The notes beneath the pieces were generated by a model. It had not been told where the DNA came from, did no database searches, and was given only the letters and a program-made list of their open reading frames with translations. A DNA stretch of 64,000 nucleotides, from NCBI GenBank assembly GCA_004295015.1, contig SHNE01000033.1, positions 75,421 through 139,420 on the forward strand. The letters run 5' to 3'. This stretch comes from Bacteroidota bacterium (GTDB lineage Bacteria > Bacteroidota > Bacteroidia > AKYH767-A > 2013-40CM-41-45). The number at the start of each line of letters is the position of its first letter. Positions within the stretch are counted from its first letter, which is position 1. Below, piece after piece: positions 9,020 through 21,875 of the stretch. The position numbers and the translations under genes are program-made.

Positions 9020-10192
9020 TTATAACATCGGATGTCTCTCGAATTTTTTCGTCCGGTTAAACAAATAACGGTAAGTTATCAGAATTCGCCCTTTCGTAGT
9101 TCCAAGGCTTTCAGCTATGGCATGCATTTTCGGATTAAAATCTCCAATCCATTGCATTTCATAGTTTTCATAATTTCTTTGGCTTTGAATAATTTTAGCT
9201 CCTTCAACGATCATATAAGTGTCGACACCTTTTCCCTGATGTTCAGGGACTACACCGAAAACAATTCCGATGAATTTATTTATTTTCATCTGCTTCAACA
9301 TCAGGAAAAATCTGAGCTTTTCAAGCAGCCCAAACTTTCCTCGAAGTTTCCCAAAGAGTTGATTTATGTCCGGCAGATTGACCCACATTGCCACAGGTTC
9401 ATTTTTATAATAAACATACCAGATAATTTTTTCATCGATTACAGGCTTCATCTTTTTAAAGAACATCTGAACCTGCTTTGCTTCTAATGCCTTGCCCTCG
9501 CCATGCTTGACCCATGCTTTATTATATACAGTTCGGAAGTCCTCAGCATATTTTTCTATTTGTGATTTCTTCAGGTATTCGGCGCGGTAATCCGGGTCTG
9601 CAGCAATTTTTGCATGCCTTTCGTAAAATTTATCCTGAAGAGTGACACGTACTTTCATGGCATAACACCATTGTTCAAAATAGGTCTGAAAGCCGTAAGA
9701 TTCGAAAAGCTCACGATAGTATGGAGGATTGTAATTGGTTTTGTAACCCGGAGAATAAAATCCTTCTATCAACAATCCCCACCAGCTGTCTCTTTCTCCA
9801 AAATTTATCGGACCATCCATGGCTTCCATTCCACGTTCTTTCAACCAGTCCTTTGCACGGTCAAACAGGAGATGTGCTGCAGTTTGATCATTGACGCATT
9901 CAAAAAAACCAATGCCACCAGTAGGTTGTTTCTCCTTTTTGGAAGTTTTATCATTGATGAATGCAGCAATTCTTCCTATACATTCTCCATTGTCGTTCCA
10001 CAATAGAAAGCGGGTACATCGTCCATGTCTGAAAAACTTGTTTTGTTTAGCGTCAAACACAGCATTCACATCCTTGTCTAAAGGCTGCATCCAGGCAGGG
10101 TCATTCGAATAGATTCGTGTTGGAAGACGGAGGAATTCCTTTCGGTCTTTCGGGCTGTTTATTTCGGTGATTTTCATAGCAGAATGATGCAC
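9020..10192 (-). CDS. GNAT-fold acyltransferase-like protein, possibly two tandem GNAT folds
   Basis: C-terminal acetyl-CoA-binding-like motif (…VPEHQGKGVDTYMIVEGA…). 390 aa. Confidence 0.4.
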   Translation of the reverse strand: MHHSAMKITEINSPKDRKEFLRLPTRIYSNDPAWMQPLDKDVNAVFDAKQNKFFRHGRCTRFLLWNDNGECIGRIAAFINDKTSKKEKQPTGGIGFFECVNDQTAAHLLFDRAKDWLKERGMEAMDGPINFGERDSWWGLLIEGFYSPGYKTNYNPPYYRELFESYGFQTYFEQWCYAMKVRVTLQDKFYERHAKIAADPDYRAEYLKKSQIEKYAEDFRTVYNKAWVKHGEGKALEAKQVQMFFKKMKPVIDEKIIWYVYYKNEPVAMWVNLPDINQLFGKLRGKFGLLEKLRFFLMLKQMKINKFIGIVFGVVPEHQGKGVDTYMIVEGAKIIQSQRNYENYEMQWIGDFNPKMHAIAESLGTTKGRILITYRYLFNRTKKFERHPML

Positions 10193-10340
10193 GAAAGTAT
10201 AAAAAGCGAAAGAAATTCTGTCTATTAATTTTAATACAGGCCTTCCTAAGCGATCGTTCGAAGCCGTAGTTGTGATCTTGAGTCAGATTGGAGCATTCAG
10301 GTAAAAGGATCAGAAAACCAAGACCACGGAAATAATAAAA

Positions 10341-10380
10341 CAGAGACAAAAAAAAGGCCGCTTTTTGGGCGACCTTTTTG
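10341..10380 (-). terminator. Putative rho-independent terminator downstream of dnaA
   Basis: On the minus strand: GGTCGCC-caaaaa-GCGGCC hairpin (6 bp with one G·U pair), followed by T9. Confidence 0.4.
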
Positions 10381-10396
10381 CAAAATAGTAATTCGT

Positions 10397-11833
10397 TTAT
10401 TTACCGTTGATGGCAATTTTCTTTTGAAGTTCCATCACACTGGCCTTGAATTTTTTATCCGTCTCAATCAGATTGTTTACCGTTCTGCATGCGTGTAATA
10501 CGGTAGCGTGATCCTTTCCTCCACAATGAGCGCCTATGCTGCTTAATGAAGACTTCGTGAGGCTCTTAGCGAAATACATGGCAATCTGGCGTGCCTGCAC
10601 AACTTGTCTCTTCCTGGTTTTAGATTTTAACATCTCGATAGGAAGTTCGAAATAATCACATACAACTTTCTGAATATAGTCGATCGATACTTCGTGAGTA
10701 GTGTTTTTCACGAATTTATCTATCATTTGCTTGGCAAGTTCCAGCGTGACAGCTTTCTTATTCAATGAAGCCTGGGCAAGAATTGAAATGAGAGCACCTT
10801 CCAGCTCGCGAACATTTGAGGTGATAGAGTAGGCGATGTATTCTACAATTTCTTTAGGGAGTTCAATACCATCAAGATACATTTTCTTGTTCAGAATGGC
10901 AATTCTGGTTTCAAGATCAGGCATTTGGAGGTCAGCGGCTAGTCCCCACTTAAAGCGACTCAATAAGCGCTGCTCCATACCTTGCAGATCTACAGGGGCT
11001 TTATCCGAAGTCAGGATAAGTTGTTTGCCTGTCTGATGCAGGTGGTTGAAAACATGGAAGAAAACATCTTGAGTCTTTTCCTTTCCTGCAAAAAACTGTA
11101 TATCATCTATGATCAGTACATCTATCATCTGATAAAAATGTACAAAATCATTTTGCTCATTATTTTTAACGGAATCAATAAACTGATGAGTAAATTTCTC
11201 GGAAGATACGTACAGCACTGTTTTTCCGGGGTGGTGATTCTTGATTTCAATGCCAATAGCATGTGCCAAATGCGTTTTACCCATTCCTACACCACCATAC
11301 AATAATAATGGGTTAAAGGATGTACCACCCGGCTTATTCGACACTGCATAGCCTGCAGAGCGGGCCAGTCGGTTACAATCTCCTTCGATAAAGTTCTCAA
11401 AAGTGTAATTAGGATTCAATTGAGATTCAACGTTAACCTTTTTCAATCCCGGAATTATGAAAGGATTGCGGATAGTGTTGTTTCCGGAAGTCATTGGTAC
11501 GTTAACCGGATTGTTTCTCAAATCCCCATGACCGCGTGTTGGAATTTTAACGGTATAGGGCTTAGCGTCAGTCTGGGTTTGTTCCATCACGATGCTGTAT
11601 TCAAGTCTGCCATCGTTTCCCAACTGTTGGCGGATAGTCTTGCGCAATAGTGTGATGTAATGTTCTTCAAGCCATTCGTAGAAAAATTGGCTGGGAACTT
11701 CGATTGTGAGGACCTTTTCGTCCAGTTTGATAGGTTTGATTGGCTCGAACCAGGTTTTAAAACTCTGAGCACTTACGTTGTCGCTTATTATTTGCAGACA
11801 TTTTTTCCATACACTGTCGTAAGTCTTCTCCAT
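10397..11833 (-). CDS. dnaA: Chromosomal replication initiator DnaA
   Basis: AAA+ Walker A (GGVGMGKTHL), a DnaA box-binding C-terminus and a canonical N-terminus MEKTYDSVWKKCL. The ORF-track start at 11920 looks like an upstream extension. Confidence 0.9.
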   Translation of the reverse strand: MEKTYDSVWKKCLQIISDNVSAQSFKTWFEPIKPIKLDEKVLTIEVPSQFFYEWLEEHYITLLRKTIRQQLGNDGRLEYSIVMEQTQTDAKPYTVKIPTRGHGDLRNNPVNVPMTSGNNTIRNPFIIPGLKKVNVESQLNPNYTFENFIEGDCNRLARSAGYAVSNKPGGTSFNPLLLYGGVGMGKTHLAHAIGIEIKNHHPGKTVLYVSSEKFTHQFIDSVKNNEQNDFVHFYQMIDVLIIDDIQFFAGKEKTQDVFFHVFNHLHQTGKQLILTSDKAPVDLQGMEQRLLSRFKWGLAADLQMPDLETRIAILNKKMYLDGIELPKEIVEYIAYSITSNVRELEGALISILAQASLNKKAVTLELAKQMIDKFVKNTTHEVSIDYIQKVVCDYFELPIEMLKSKTRKRQVVQARQIAMYFAKSLTKSSLSSIGAHCGGKDHATVLHACRTVNNLIETDKKFKASVMELQKKIAINGK

Positions 11834-11976
11834 AATTGTTTCCAAGAAAAATGTGTTTAGGTATTTGTGTTTCTTTTTTGTAGTTCTTTTTCCCCCTTGA
11901 AATTCAGGAACAAAAATCAAATTCTGTTCTTAAAATTTCGCTAACAAATATTCTTCAAAAAAAAGTAAAAAAAAAA

Positions 11977-12912
11977 TTATACTGCTCTTGTTTTTTCACT
12001 AATTTTTACAGAACATCCAAGCGCCTCATTCTTCCGACTGCGAACATCGAAATAATAATCGACACGACCAAGACGTATTCCTGCCCAGCCAACTTGTGCA
12101 ACTAAAATTTCTTTGTTTGATTTATTTTTGTATCTGACAGGTTCATCAAGAAAAGTGTGTGTGTGTCCTCCGATTATGAGGTCAATATACGAACTTTCCT
12201 GAGCTAGTACTTCATCTGAAATTTTCTTTTCGGAATATTTGTAGCCGAGATGAGATAAGCAAATAACCATATCGCACTTCAAGTTTTTCTTTAGCATGAG
12301 CGCTGTATCGTCCGCCATTTGAAGAGGATTACTGTAAATGGTGTTGCCGTAAAGTTTAGGGTCAACTAAGCCGGCCAGCTCTATTCCTATACCAATAACA
12401 CCTATTGTAAGTCCTGCCTTTTGAAAGATTTTATACGGAAGAACAGAATCGGCCATTGGCGTATCGCTGAAGTTATAGTTCAGATTCAGGAAGGGAAAGT
12501 TCGCATGCGGCAGTTGTTTTGCAAGTCCCTCAATTCCGTTGTCGAAATCGTGATTTCCAATGGTAGCAGCGTCATACCCCATTTCACTCATCAATTTAAA
12601 TTCCAATTCTCCTCCATATAAATTAAAGTAAGGTGTTCCCTGAAAAATATCTCCCGCATCAAAAAGGAGCACATTGGATTCCTTTGCCCTGATTTGCTTT
12701 ATCAGCGTCGCTCTTCTTGCCGCACCTCCCATACCCGGGTATTTGGGGTCATTCTTTGGAAAGGGGTCAATTCTGCTGTGAACATCGTTTGTATGCAAAA
12801 TAGTAAGCTTGATTATTTCATGCTTTGCAAAAAGTTCCAGTGGAGTGGAAGCAAGACCCAAAAAGGCTGCGCTTCCCATCAATGTTCGAATAAATTCTCT
12901 TCTGTTACTCAT
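11977..12912 (-). CDS. Metallophosphatase, the N-terminal catalytic domain of a 5'-nucleotidase/UshA-type enzyme. Tat-secreted.
   Basis: Twin-arginine signal SNRREFIRTLMGSAAFL. Metallophosphoesterase motifs (HTNDVHS, GDIFQG, GNHDFD). Confidence 0.75.
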   Translation of the reverse strand: MSNRREFIRTLMGSAAFLGLASTPLELFAKHEIIKLTILHTNDVHSRIDPFPKNDPKYPGMGGAARRATLIKQIRAKESNVLLFDAGDIFQGTPYFNLYGGELEFKLMSEMGYDAATIGNHDFDNGIEGLAKQLPHANFPFLNLNYNFSDTPMADSVLPYKIFQKAGLTIGVIGIGIELAGLVDPKLYGNTIYSNPLQMADDTALMLKKNLKCDMVICLSHLGYKYSEKKISDEVLAQESSYIDLIIGGHTHTFLDEPVRYKNKSNKEILVAQVGWAGIRLGRVDYYFDVRSRKNEALGCSVKISEKTRAV

Positions 12913-13663
12913 TGCGAATTCTTCCATCAAGGTTCACTCTGACTATTTCTTCTGTCTTTCCTTGAATGTATAAATGCTGGATAATTGCATCCCTGATTTT
13001 TATTGATGTTGATTCCCGCTTGCTTGCTTCCGATAAAAATGAAAAATTATCACCCCCGTTTGCAAGGTAATCAGATGTGAGAACCTTGTATGTTTTTGTA
13101 GAATCGAAAGCGGCGCCTCCAATCAGAATGTCAATTGCAGCTTTGTCCTTTATCGAAAACCGTAACCCGCTTACCGGAACACCACCCTTCGATGCCATGA
13201 AGTTAATTAATTTTTTCGTAAGTACAGCATCTAATGTTAAAATTACCAATTCATTTTCAAATGGCATCAACTCGAACACATCTCCCTTACTGATATTTCC
13301 CGCGGGCAATGATTTTCTCAAACCTCCATTATTAAAAAAAGCAAAGTCGATTGTTTTTCCATCTGAAGGTGAATATTCTCTTTTAATACTTTCAAAACAT
13401 AAGTCAGAAACAAAATTCCCTAATTTACTTTCAGGAATTCCTTTCTCCAGAGCTTCTGCACTTTGAGCCAGTATAATTCCCATGTCTGCTTCCATTTTCT
13501 CTGAATAGGGACGGATCTTTGTTTTCATCAATGAATCTTCAGGAATGCTGCTGCTATCTGATAATATATATTCAGATGTTTCTACCTTTGACAACTGATT
13601 GCCGGGTGAACAGGCTGCCAGGAGCAGGATGATAAATATGCCTGATTTAATTTTAGTAAACAT
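12905..13663 (-). CDS. 5'-nucleotidase C-terminal (substrate-binding) domain lipoprotein
   Basis: Lipobox LLLAAC-S. 5_nucleotid_C-like region. A separate ORF encoded upstream of the metallophosphatase. Confidence 0.7.
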   Translation of the reverse strand: MFTKIKSGIFIILLLAACSPGNQLSKVETSEYILSDSSSIPEDSLMKTKIRPYSEKMEADMGIILAQSAEALEKGIPESKLGNFVSDLCFESIKREYSPSDGKTIDFAFFNNGGLRKSLPAGNISKGDVFELMPFENELVILTLDAVLTKKLINFMASKGGVPVSGLRFSIKDKAAIDILIGGAAFDSTKTYKVLTSDYLANGGDNFSFLSEASKRESTSIKIRDAIIQHLYIQGKTEEIVRVNLDGRIRNE

Positions 13664-13746
13664 GGAGCTGACTTGCGTTTTACAGTATCTCAACAATATT
13701 AATTAATTTCTTGATTTGATAAAGATAGGATTTTAAAATACATTTT

Positions 13747-14151
13747 ATGTTCATCTCTGAAACACAAATTCGTGTACGTTACGCTGAAACTGACCAAATG
13801 GGTTATGTCTACTATGGAAATTATGCAACTTATTTTGAAGTTGCCAGGGTAGAGGCTCTTCGCGCTCTTGGATTTAGTTATAAAAAAATTGAAGACAGCG
13901 GGGTCATGCTGCCTGTAATGAATTACTCTATAGATTATCTCAAACCGGCATATTACGATGATTTACTGGTCATCAAAACAACCATTCGGGACTTGCCATC
14001 TGCACGAATTCGTTTTGAATATGAATCCTATAATGAAAGTGAGGTATTAATTAACAGAGCTTCTACTACCTTGGTCTTTATAAAGAAAAGCACCAATAGA
14101 CCATGTCCTGCCCCGGAAGATTTTATGAAAGCAATTTCTAAATACTTCTGA
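13747..14151 (+). CDS. Acyl-CoA thioesterase (4HBT/YbgC family)
   Basis: 134 aa with a hotdog-fold thioesterase signature (…RYAETDQMGYVYYGNYATYFEVARVEAL…). Confidence 0.75.
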   Translation: MFISETQIRVRYAETDQMGYVYYGNYATYFEVARVEALRALGFSYKKIEDSGVMLPVMNYSIDYLKPAYYDDLLVIKTTIRDLPSARIRFEYESYNESEVLINRASTTLVFIKKSTNRPCPAPEDFMKAISKYF

Positions 14152-14152
14152 T

Positions 14153-15067
14153 CTACTCTAAATGCTTCATCAGGTATTTGTACAGGCTTAACATTGCTTC
14201 AATGTCTTTTTTATGTACTTTTTCCTTCGCAGAATGTACATTTTGTTCAGCTGCGCCAATAAAACACCAGTCAACAGGATAAGGTTGCTTCTGGATTTCT
14301 GTTCCGTCGCTTCCTCCTGATCCTTCGACTTCAAGCTGAAAATTTACCTTGCTGAGCCCGGCAAGCTGTATAATTTTATTTACGAATGATCTTCTTGGTA
14401 TTCCGGTGTCTCGCATGGAAATGACTACTCCCTTACCCGGAAGTACGCCTTCAGTAATCCATGTAATATCGCTTATCAGACATTGACGAATGGCATATTT
14501 TTCAAAAAGAAATTTTAACAAAAAGGGGACGCTTCCTCCACCATGTTCTTCCCAACATGAAAAAACGATGGCTCCATGCTCAAGCTCTTCACAAACTTTT
14601 AAGGCATTCCACACCCCGAGTCTGTTGTCCATATAACAACATTGTACGTAATCATCATCTTCTTCCCAAACAGGTACATAGGAAAGATCAGTTCCTCTTT
14701 CGATTTGTCTTGATGACTTATAGCTTAAGTTTTCTTCCTCGTCGATTACTACTTCACATTCCACCGGTCCCTGACTATCGTTTCCATATAATTGTATACC
14801 TTTTTCTAGATGAGGGCCTCCGATCTTCACTAACTGGTTTTTATAACGAACTGTAAATCCTATATTATCAATATGGGCGAAAATGGCAGTACGAGGTTTG
14901 CCAAAGACTAATACAATGCAATTCTGGAATCCTTCACCCGAATATATTTCGGGTTGAAATTTCCAATTTGATTTTTCCTTTTCAATATAGTGTAGCAGAA
15001 ACTGTGTCATAGCATATTCATTACCGGATGGCGCATGAATCGAACACATTTCTTTTAATAGCTTCAT
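14153..15067 (-). CDS. M42 family metallopeptidase (FrvX/glutamyl aminopeptidase-like)
   Basis: 304 aa M42-like (…IFAHIDNIGF…, …EEHGGGS…). Confidence 0.7.
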   Translation of the reverse strand: MKLLKEMCSIHAPSGNEYAMTQFLLHYIEKEKSNWKFQPEIYSGEGFQNCIVLVFGKPRTAIFAHIDNIGFTVRYKNQLVKIGGPHLEKGIQLYGNDSQGPVECEVVIDEEENLSYKSSRQIERGTDLSYVPVWEEDDDYVQCCYMDNRLGVWNALKVCEELEHGAIVFSCWEEHGGGSVPFLLKFLFEKYAIRQCLISDITWITEGVLPGKGVVISMRDTGIPRRSFVNKIIQLAGLSKVNFQLEVEGSGGSDGTEIQKQPYPVDWCFIGAAEQNVHSAKEKVHKKDIEAMLSLYKYLMKHLE

Positions 15068-15095
15068 GTTTATTTTATTTATTTTAAGTTAAAGC

Positions 15096-16145
15096 TTAAT
15101 CCATTGCCGGAGAATAGATTTCCAATAGATCATTGTCTATAAATTCACTTGAAATCAACTGAGCACTGATTTTTGGTGACTTCGTACCCTTTTCAATAAA
15201 TTTGTCAGAAGTAAAAACCCTGGCTTCATCCCACTGATTTGAATCAATAAAGGTTTGAAGAAGTTTTTGCCCGCCTTCAATAATTAAAGATTGAATCGAC
15301 ATACTATATAGAGTATTGCATATACTTTCAGTAATACCTTTGTTAAAATCAATTTTAACGAATTCGAGCTTTCCCACTTTCTCGTCTTTTAGTTCGTTGA
15401 ATACTAAGGTGGAACAGCTTTGATTAAATAACTGTAGCTCTTTTGGTAAACGTAATTTTCTATCAAGCACAATCCGTAGTGCTTGCTTACCCGGCCAATA
15501 CCTCAGTGTTAATGCAGGATCATCGGTCAGCGCGGTATTGGTGCCGACCATTAACGCTTGCTCTTCGGATCTCCATCGATGTACCAGCCTGCCCGAATAT
15601 TCATTGCTGATCCTTCTGTTTTCTTTGGTAGGAAATTCCGGTGCAAGAAAATTGTCTTTGCTCTGTGCATACTTAAGAATTATGTAGGGCCTTTTTTTTG
15701 TATGAAAGGTAATGAATCGCTTGTTTAATTCAAGAGCCTCTTCTTTTAAGACATCGGTTAAGACTTCAATGCCGGATTCTCTTAGAATCTTAATTCCATT
15801 TCCTCTGACTTTTTCAAATGGATCTTCACAGGCTACAACAACTTTCTTTATGTTGTGAAATTTTATAAGGTCTGTGCAGGGGGGCGTCTTACCAAAATGT
15901 GAGCATGGTTCTAAATTAATATACAAGGTGCATTCATCAAGCGGGATATGGGGATTCCTGGTAATGGCATCTTTCACTGCGTTCACTTCGGCATGTTCCT
16001 TTCCAAAGACTTTATGATAGCCCTCTCCAATAATTTTGTCTTTATATACAAGCACAGCACCCACCAGCGGGTTGGGTGCAACATCTCCAAGGCCTTTTTT
16101 TGCCAATTCAATGCATCTCGACATGTACATGGAATGATTATTCAC
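15096..16145 (-). CDS. ribD: Bifunctional riboflavin biosynthesis protein RibD (deaminase/reductase)
   Basis: Cytidine deaminase zinc motif (HAEVNAV … PCSHFGKTPPC) plus a C-terminal reductase domain. Confidence 0.9.
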   Translation of the reverse strand: MNNHSMYMSRCIELAKKGLGDVAPNPLVGAVLVYKDKIIGEGYHKVFGKEHAEVNAVKDAITRNPHIPLDECTLYINLEPCSHFGKTPPCTDLIKFHNIKKVVVACEDPFEKVRGNGIKILRESGIEVLTDVLKEEALELNKRFITFHTKKRPYIILKYAQSKDNFLAPEFPTKENRRISNEYSGRLVHRWRSEEQALMVGTNTALTDDPALTLRYWPGKQALRIVLDRKLRLPKELQLFNQSCSTLVFNELKDEKVGKLEFVKIDFNKGITESICNTLYSMSIQSLIIEGGQKLLQTFIDSNQWDEARVFTSDKFIEKGTKSPKISAQLISSEFIDNDLLEIYSPAMD

Positions 16146-16210
16146 GCGCTCGAAATTAGTTTAATAAATAACATCAGAAAAGAAAGCATACGAAATCTTA
16201 TCTTCGTACC

Positions 16211-19229
<3,019 letters not shown>

Positions 19230-19232
19230 GTT

Positions 19233-19790
19233 ATGAGTCTTTCCAGAAATATCCGCTCCCGATTAGGGCAACTTCGTTTTTTAAAGGAGGTACAAAAACA
19301 TACTTACAAAGCTGAAGTTATTGGCTTCGATACAGCCTCCAGCATAGGAATTCTTTATGATGCAACGAATGAACGTGACTATGAAGCCGTCAAAGCCTAT
19401 GTTAAAACAGTTCGCGGTCAGTATAAAAAAGATATTCTCGCCATGGGATTTGTGGACAAAAAGAAACTTCCACCCGCACAATTTGCGCAGTATGGATTGG
19501 ATTTTTTCACCCGGAGTGATTTAGATTTTCGACTCATTCCCAATAACCCGATCGTAAAGAATTTTATCGAGCAAAAATTTGACATATTGATAAACCTGAA
19601 CAACGGCAGTTGTTTTCCTTTAAGATATATTGCAGCCTTGTCAAAATCACGTTTTCGGGTTGGCCGATATGATTCCAAAAGTACCTCCTGCTATGACATG
19701 ATGTTGAATTTGAAGGGTGAACCGGCTATTAAAGAAGTGATTGAAGAGACAGAACATTTTCTAAGGAAAATAAAACCAGAATTAGCATGA
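19233..19790 (+). CDS. Hypothetical protein, translationally coupled to dapA
   Basis: 185-aa ORF with a 4-bp overlap to dapA. No recognisable motif. Confidence 0.45.
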   Translation: MSLSRNIRSRLGQLRFLKEVQKHTYKAEVIGFDTASSIGILYDATNERDYEAVKAYVKTVRGQYKKDILAMGFVDKKKLPPAQFAQYGLDFFTRSDLDFRLIPNNPIVKNFIEQKFDILINLNNGSCFPLRYIAALSKSRFRVGRYDSKSTSCYDMMLNLKGEPAIKEVIEETEHFLRKIKPELA

Positions 19791-20659
19791 ACTTAAATTC
19801 TCTAAGAGGTACCGGCGTAGCATTGATTACACCTTTTCATAAAGATGGCCGTATTGATTTCAAGTGCTTTAAAAAACTTCTTGAACGCTGCATCGACAAC
19901 AAAGTGGATTACCTGGTCCCACTGGGCACAACAGGTGAAGCTGCAACCCTGACCAAAGATGAAAAGAATGCCGTGACTGATTTTGTCACCGAAGTCACAG
20001 ATGGACAGATTCCGATTGTTCTTGGAATGGGAGGGAATAATACACAGGAACTGTTGCAAACACTGGAGGATACCGACTTTTCTAAAATTGATGCCGTACT
20101 TTCAGTATCGCCATACTATAATCGACCTTCTCAGAGAGGAATTTACCAGCACTATAAAATGTTCGCCGCTAATTGTCCTGTTCCGGTAATACTATATAAT
20201 GTTCCTGCAAGAACAGGCAGCAATATGGATGCAGAGATCACCCTCGAACTTGCTCATGATGTAAAAAATATTGTAGGTATAAAGGAAGCCTCGGGCAATC
20301 TTGAAAAAGTAATGAAGATTATTAAAAACCGACCAAAAGACTTTCTTGTGATAAGTGGTGATGATGTTCTTGCATTGCCTATAATCGCATGTGGGGGAGA
20401 TGGTGTTATTTCTGTTTTTGCAAATGCATACCCCAAGGATTTTTCGGAAATGGTCAGGCAGGCTTTGGAAGGCAATTTTGATAAGGCTAAAAAACTACAC
20501 TATAAAATGCTTGATATGATGCATGCCATTTTTGTTGATGGTAACCCTTCCGGCGTAAAAGGCTTATTAAGCGTGATGGGAAGTTGTTCGGAGTTTGTTC
20601 GCTTACCATTGCTTCCGGTATCAAAATCTACGCTCAACCGATTTGAAGCAATGATCTGA
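19787..20659 (+). CDS. dapA: 4-hydroxy-tetrahydrodipicolinate synthase
   Basis: DapA/NAL family motifs (…LVPLGTTGEAATLT…, the active-site Lys region IVGIKEASG). Confidence 0.9.
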   Translation: MNLNSLRGTGVALITPFHKDGRIDFKCFKKLLERCIDNKVDYLVPLGTTGEAATLTKDEKNAVTDFVTEVTDGQIPIVLGMGGNNTQELLQTLEDTDFSKIDAVLSVSPYYNRPSQRGIYQHYKMFAANCPVPVILYNVPARTGSNMDAEITLELAHDVKNIVGIKEASGNLEKVMKIIKNRPKDFLVISGDDVLALPIIACGGDGVISVFANAYPKDFSEMVRQALEGNFDKAKKLHYKMLDMMHAIFVDGNPSGVKGLLSVMGSCSEFVRLPLLPVSKSTLNRFEAMI

Positions 20660-20733
20660 GTCCGCACTGAATTCAGCGACAAAGCTGTGCATCCGATTAT
20701 TTTCCTATCTTTAAAAGACCAAATGCATCTCTG

Positions 20734-21846
20734 ATGAAAAAGCTTTTTACACTCAGCCTGTTGATTTTCGCATTCGTATCACCTTCCGCTGCGCAAATAA
20801 CTATAGGAAGTGCCGATTTACCGCATGCTAATGATACATTTCGACTAAGTATAGGTCAAATAACTCCGGGCATAAATGCTACCTTGACCGGGCCTGCGTT
20901 TACATGGGATTTTTCGCAACTCATGCCTACAGGTCAGCGAGTAGATTCATTTATCGATGAAAGCGCCACCAGCACTGTTTTCTCAATTGTGTTTATTGAC
21001 AACTCATTTAATACCAACAGGGCTAATCAGGCTACCGGATCAGATGATTTTAGTCTTGGTACATTTATTAGTTTAACGGGGGTCTTTGACTTTTTTTATA
21101 ATTCAAATGCTTCTTACAAACAGGTTGGTTTAGGTGCCAATGTAAATGGGATTCCTTTGCCAATTAGCTTTTCTCCACATGATATTATTTACAAGTTTCC
21201 ATTGAACTATCCTTCTCTTGATTCTTCCGCTTCAGGATATGCCGTCGATTTAGTCAGCACCATTGGTGTTTACTATAAAGTAGACAAGACTCGAAAGAAT
21301 GATGTGGACGGGTGGGGGAGCCTGACTACACCGCTTGGAACATTTAATGTTCTCAGAGTACATACTACAATCGTTGAAAAGGACAGTTTGTACCTGGATA
21401 CTCTTGGCCTGGGTTTCAATCTTCCTACCATCACATCACATGAGTATAAATGGCTAGGAGCAGGTCAGGGAATCCCCTTACTGCAGATTAATACTACTGC
21501 AGCCGGAGCAATTACCCAAATTTTATATAAGGACTCAGTTCGATCGCTTGTAAATATTGCTGAGCTTGATCAGACCTTGGAAGATTTTAAAATCTATCCG
21601 AATCCGTCCCCGGGAACTTCGACCATTTCTTATTCTTTAAAACAGTCCTCATTGGTCGGAATGGAACTAATTTCTGTCGATGGAAAAGTTTTCAATGGAT
21701 TCAAAACTGAAAAGCAAATTTCCGGATTGCACACTTGCAAAATTAACTTCCGTGAACAGAACATCACTGCAGGGAATTATCTCGTTCGATTAGAGGTGGA
21801 TGGTAGGTCTTACGTACGACCTTTAATCATCACAGATTCCAAATAG
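20734..21846 (+). CDS. Secreted protein with T9SS C-terminal sorting domain (cargo of unknown function)
   Basis: Signal peptide. C-terminal KIYPNPSPGTSTISY…VRLEVDGRSYVRPLII matches a type-A T9SS CTD. Confidence 0.6.
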   Translation: MKKLFTLSLLIFAFVSPSAAQITIGSADLPHANDTFRLSIGQITPGINATLTGPAFTWDFSQLMPTGQRVDSFIDESATSTVFSIVFIDNSFNTNRANQATGSDDFSLGTFISLTGVFDFFYNSNASYKQVGLGANVNGIPLPISFSPHDIIYKFPLNYPSLDSSASGYAVDLVSTIGVYYKVDKTRKNDVDGWGSLTTPLGTFNVLRVHTTIVEKDSLYLDTLGLGFNLPTITSHEYKWLGAGQGIPLLQINTTAAGAITQILYKDSVRSLVNIAELDQTLEDFKIYPNPSPGTSTISYSLKQSSLVGMELISVDGKVFNGFKTEKQISGLHTCKINFREQNITAGNYLVRLEVDGRSYVRPLIITDSK

Positions 21847-21875
21847 CCTTTGACAAAAAATTAATCCGTAAATTC

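Noticed and set aside
10101-10349. 82-aa minus-strand ORF between the GNAT-like gene and dnaA
   Set aside because: It overlaps the dnaA terminator hairpin and the GNAT-like start region, has low-complexity sequence, and is probably non-coding.
16146-16210. FMN riboswitch upstream of ribD, and likewise upstream of ribH at 22365-22408
   Set aside because: The intergenic spaces are only ~65 and ~44 nt, too short for a ~140-nt FMN element, and no conserved RFN motifs were seen.
20660-20733. CTGAATTCAG palindrome after dapA as a possible terminator
   Set aside because: The stem is only 4 bp around an EcoRI-type palindrome with no T-run, so it is not a convincing terminator or operator.
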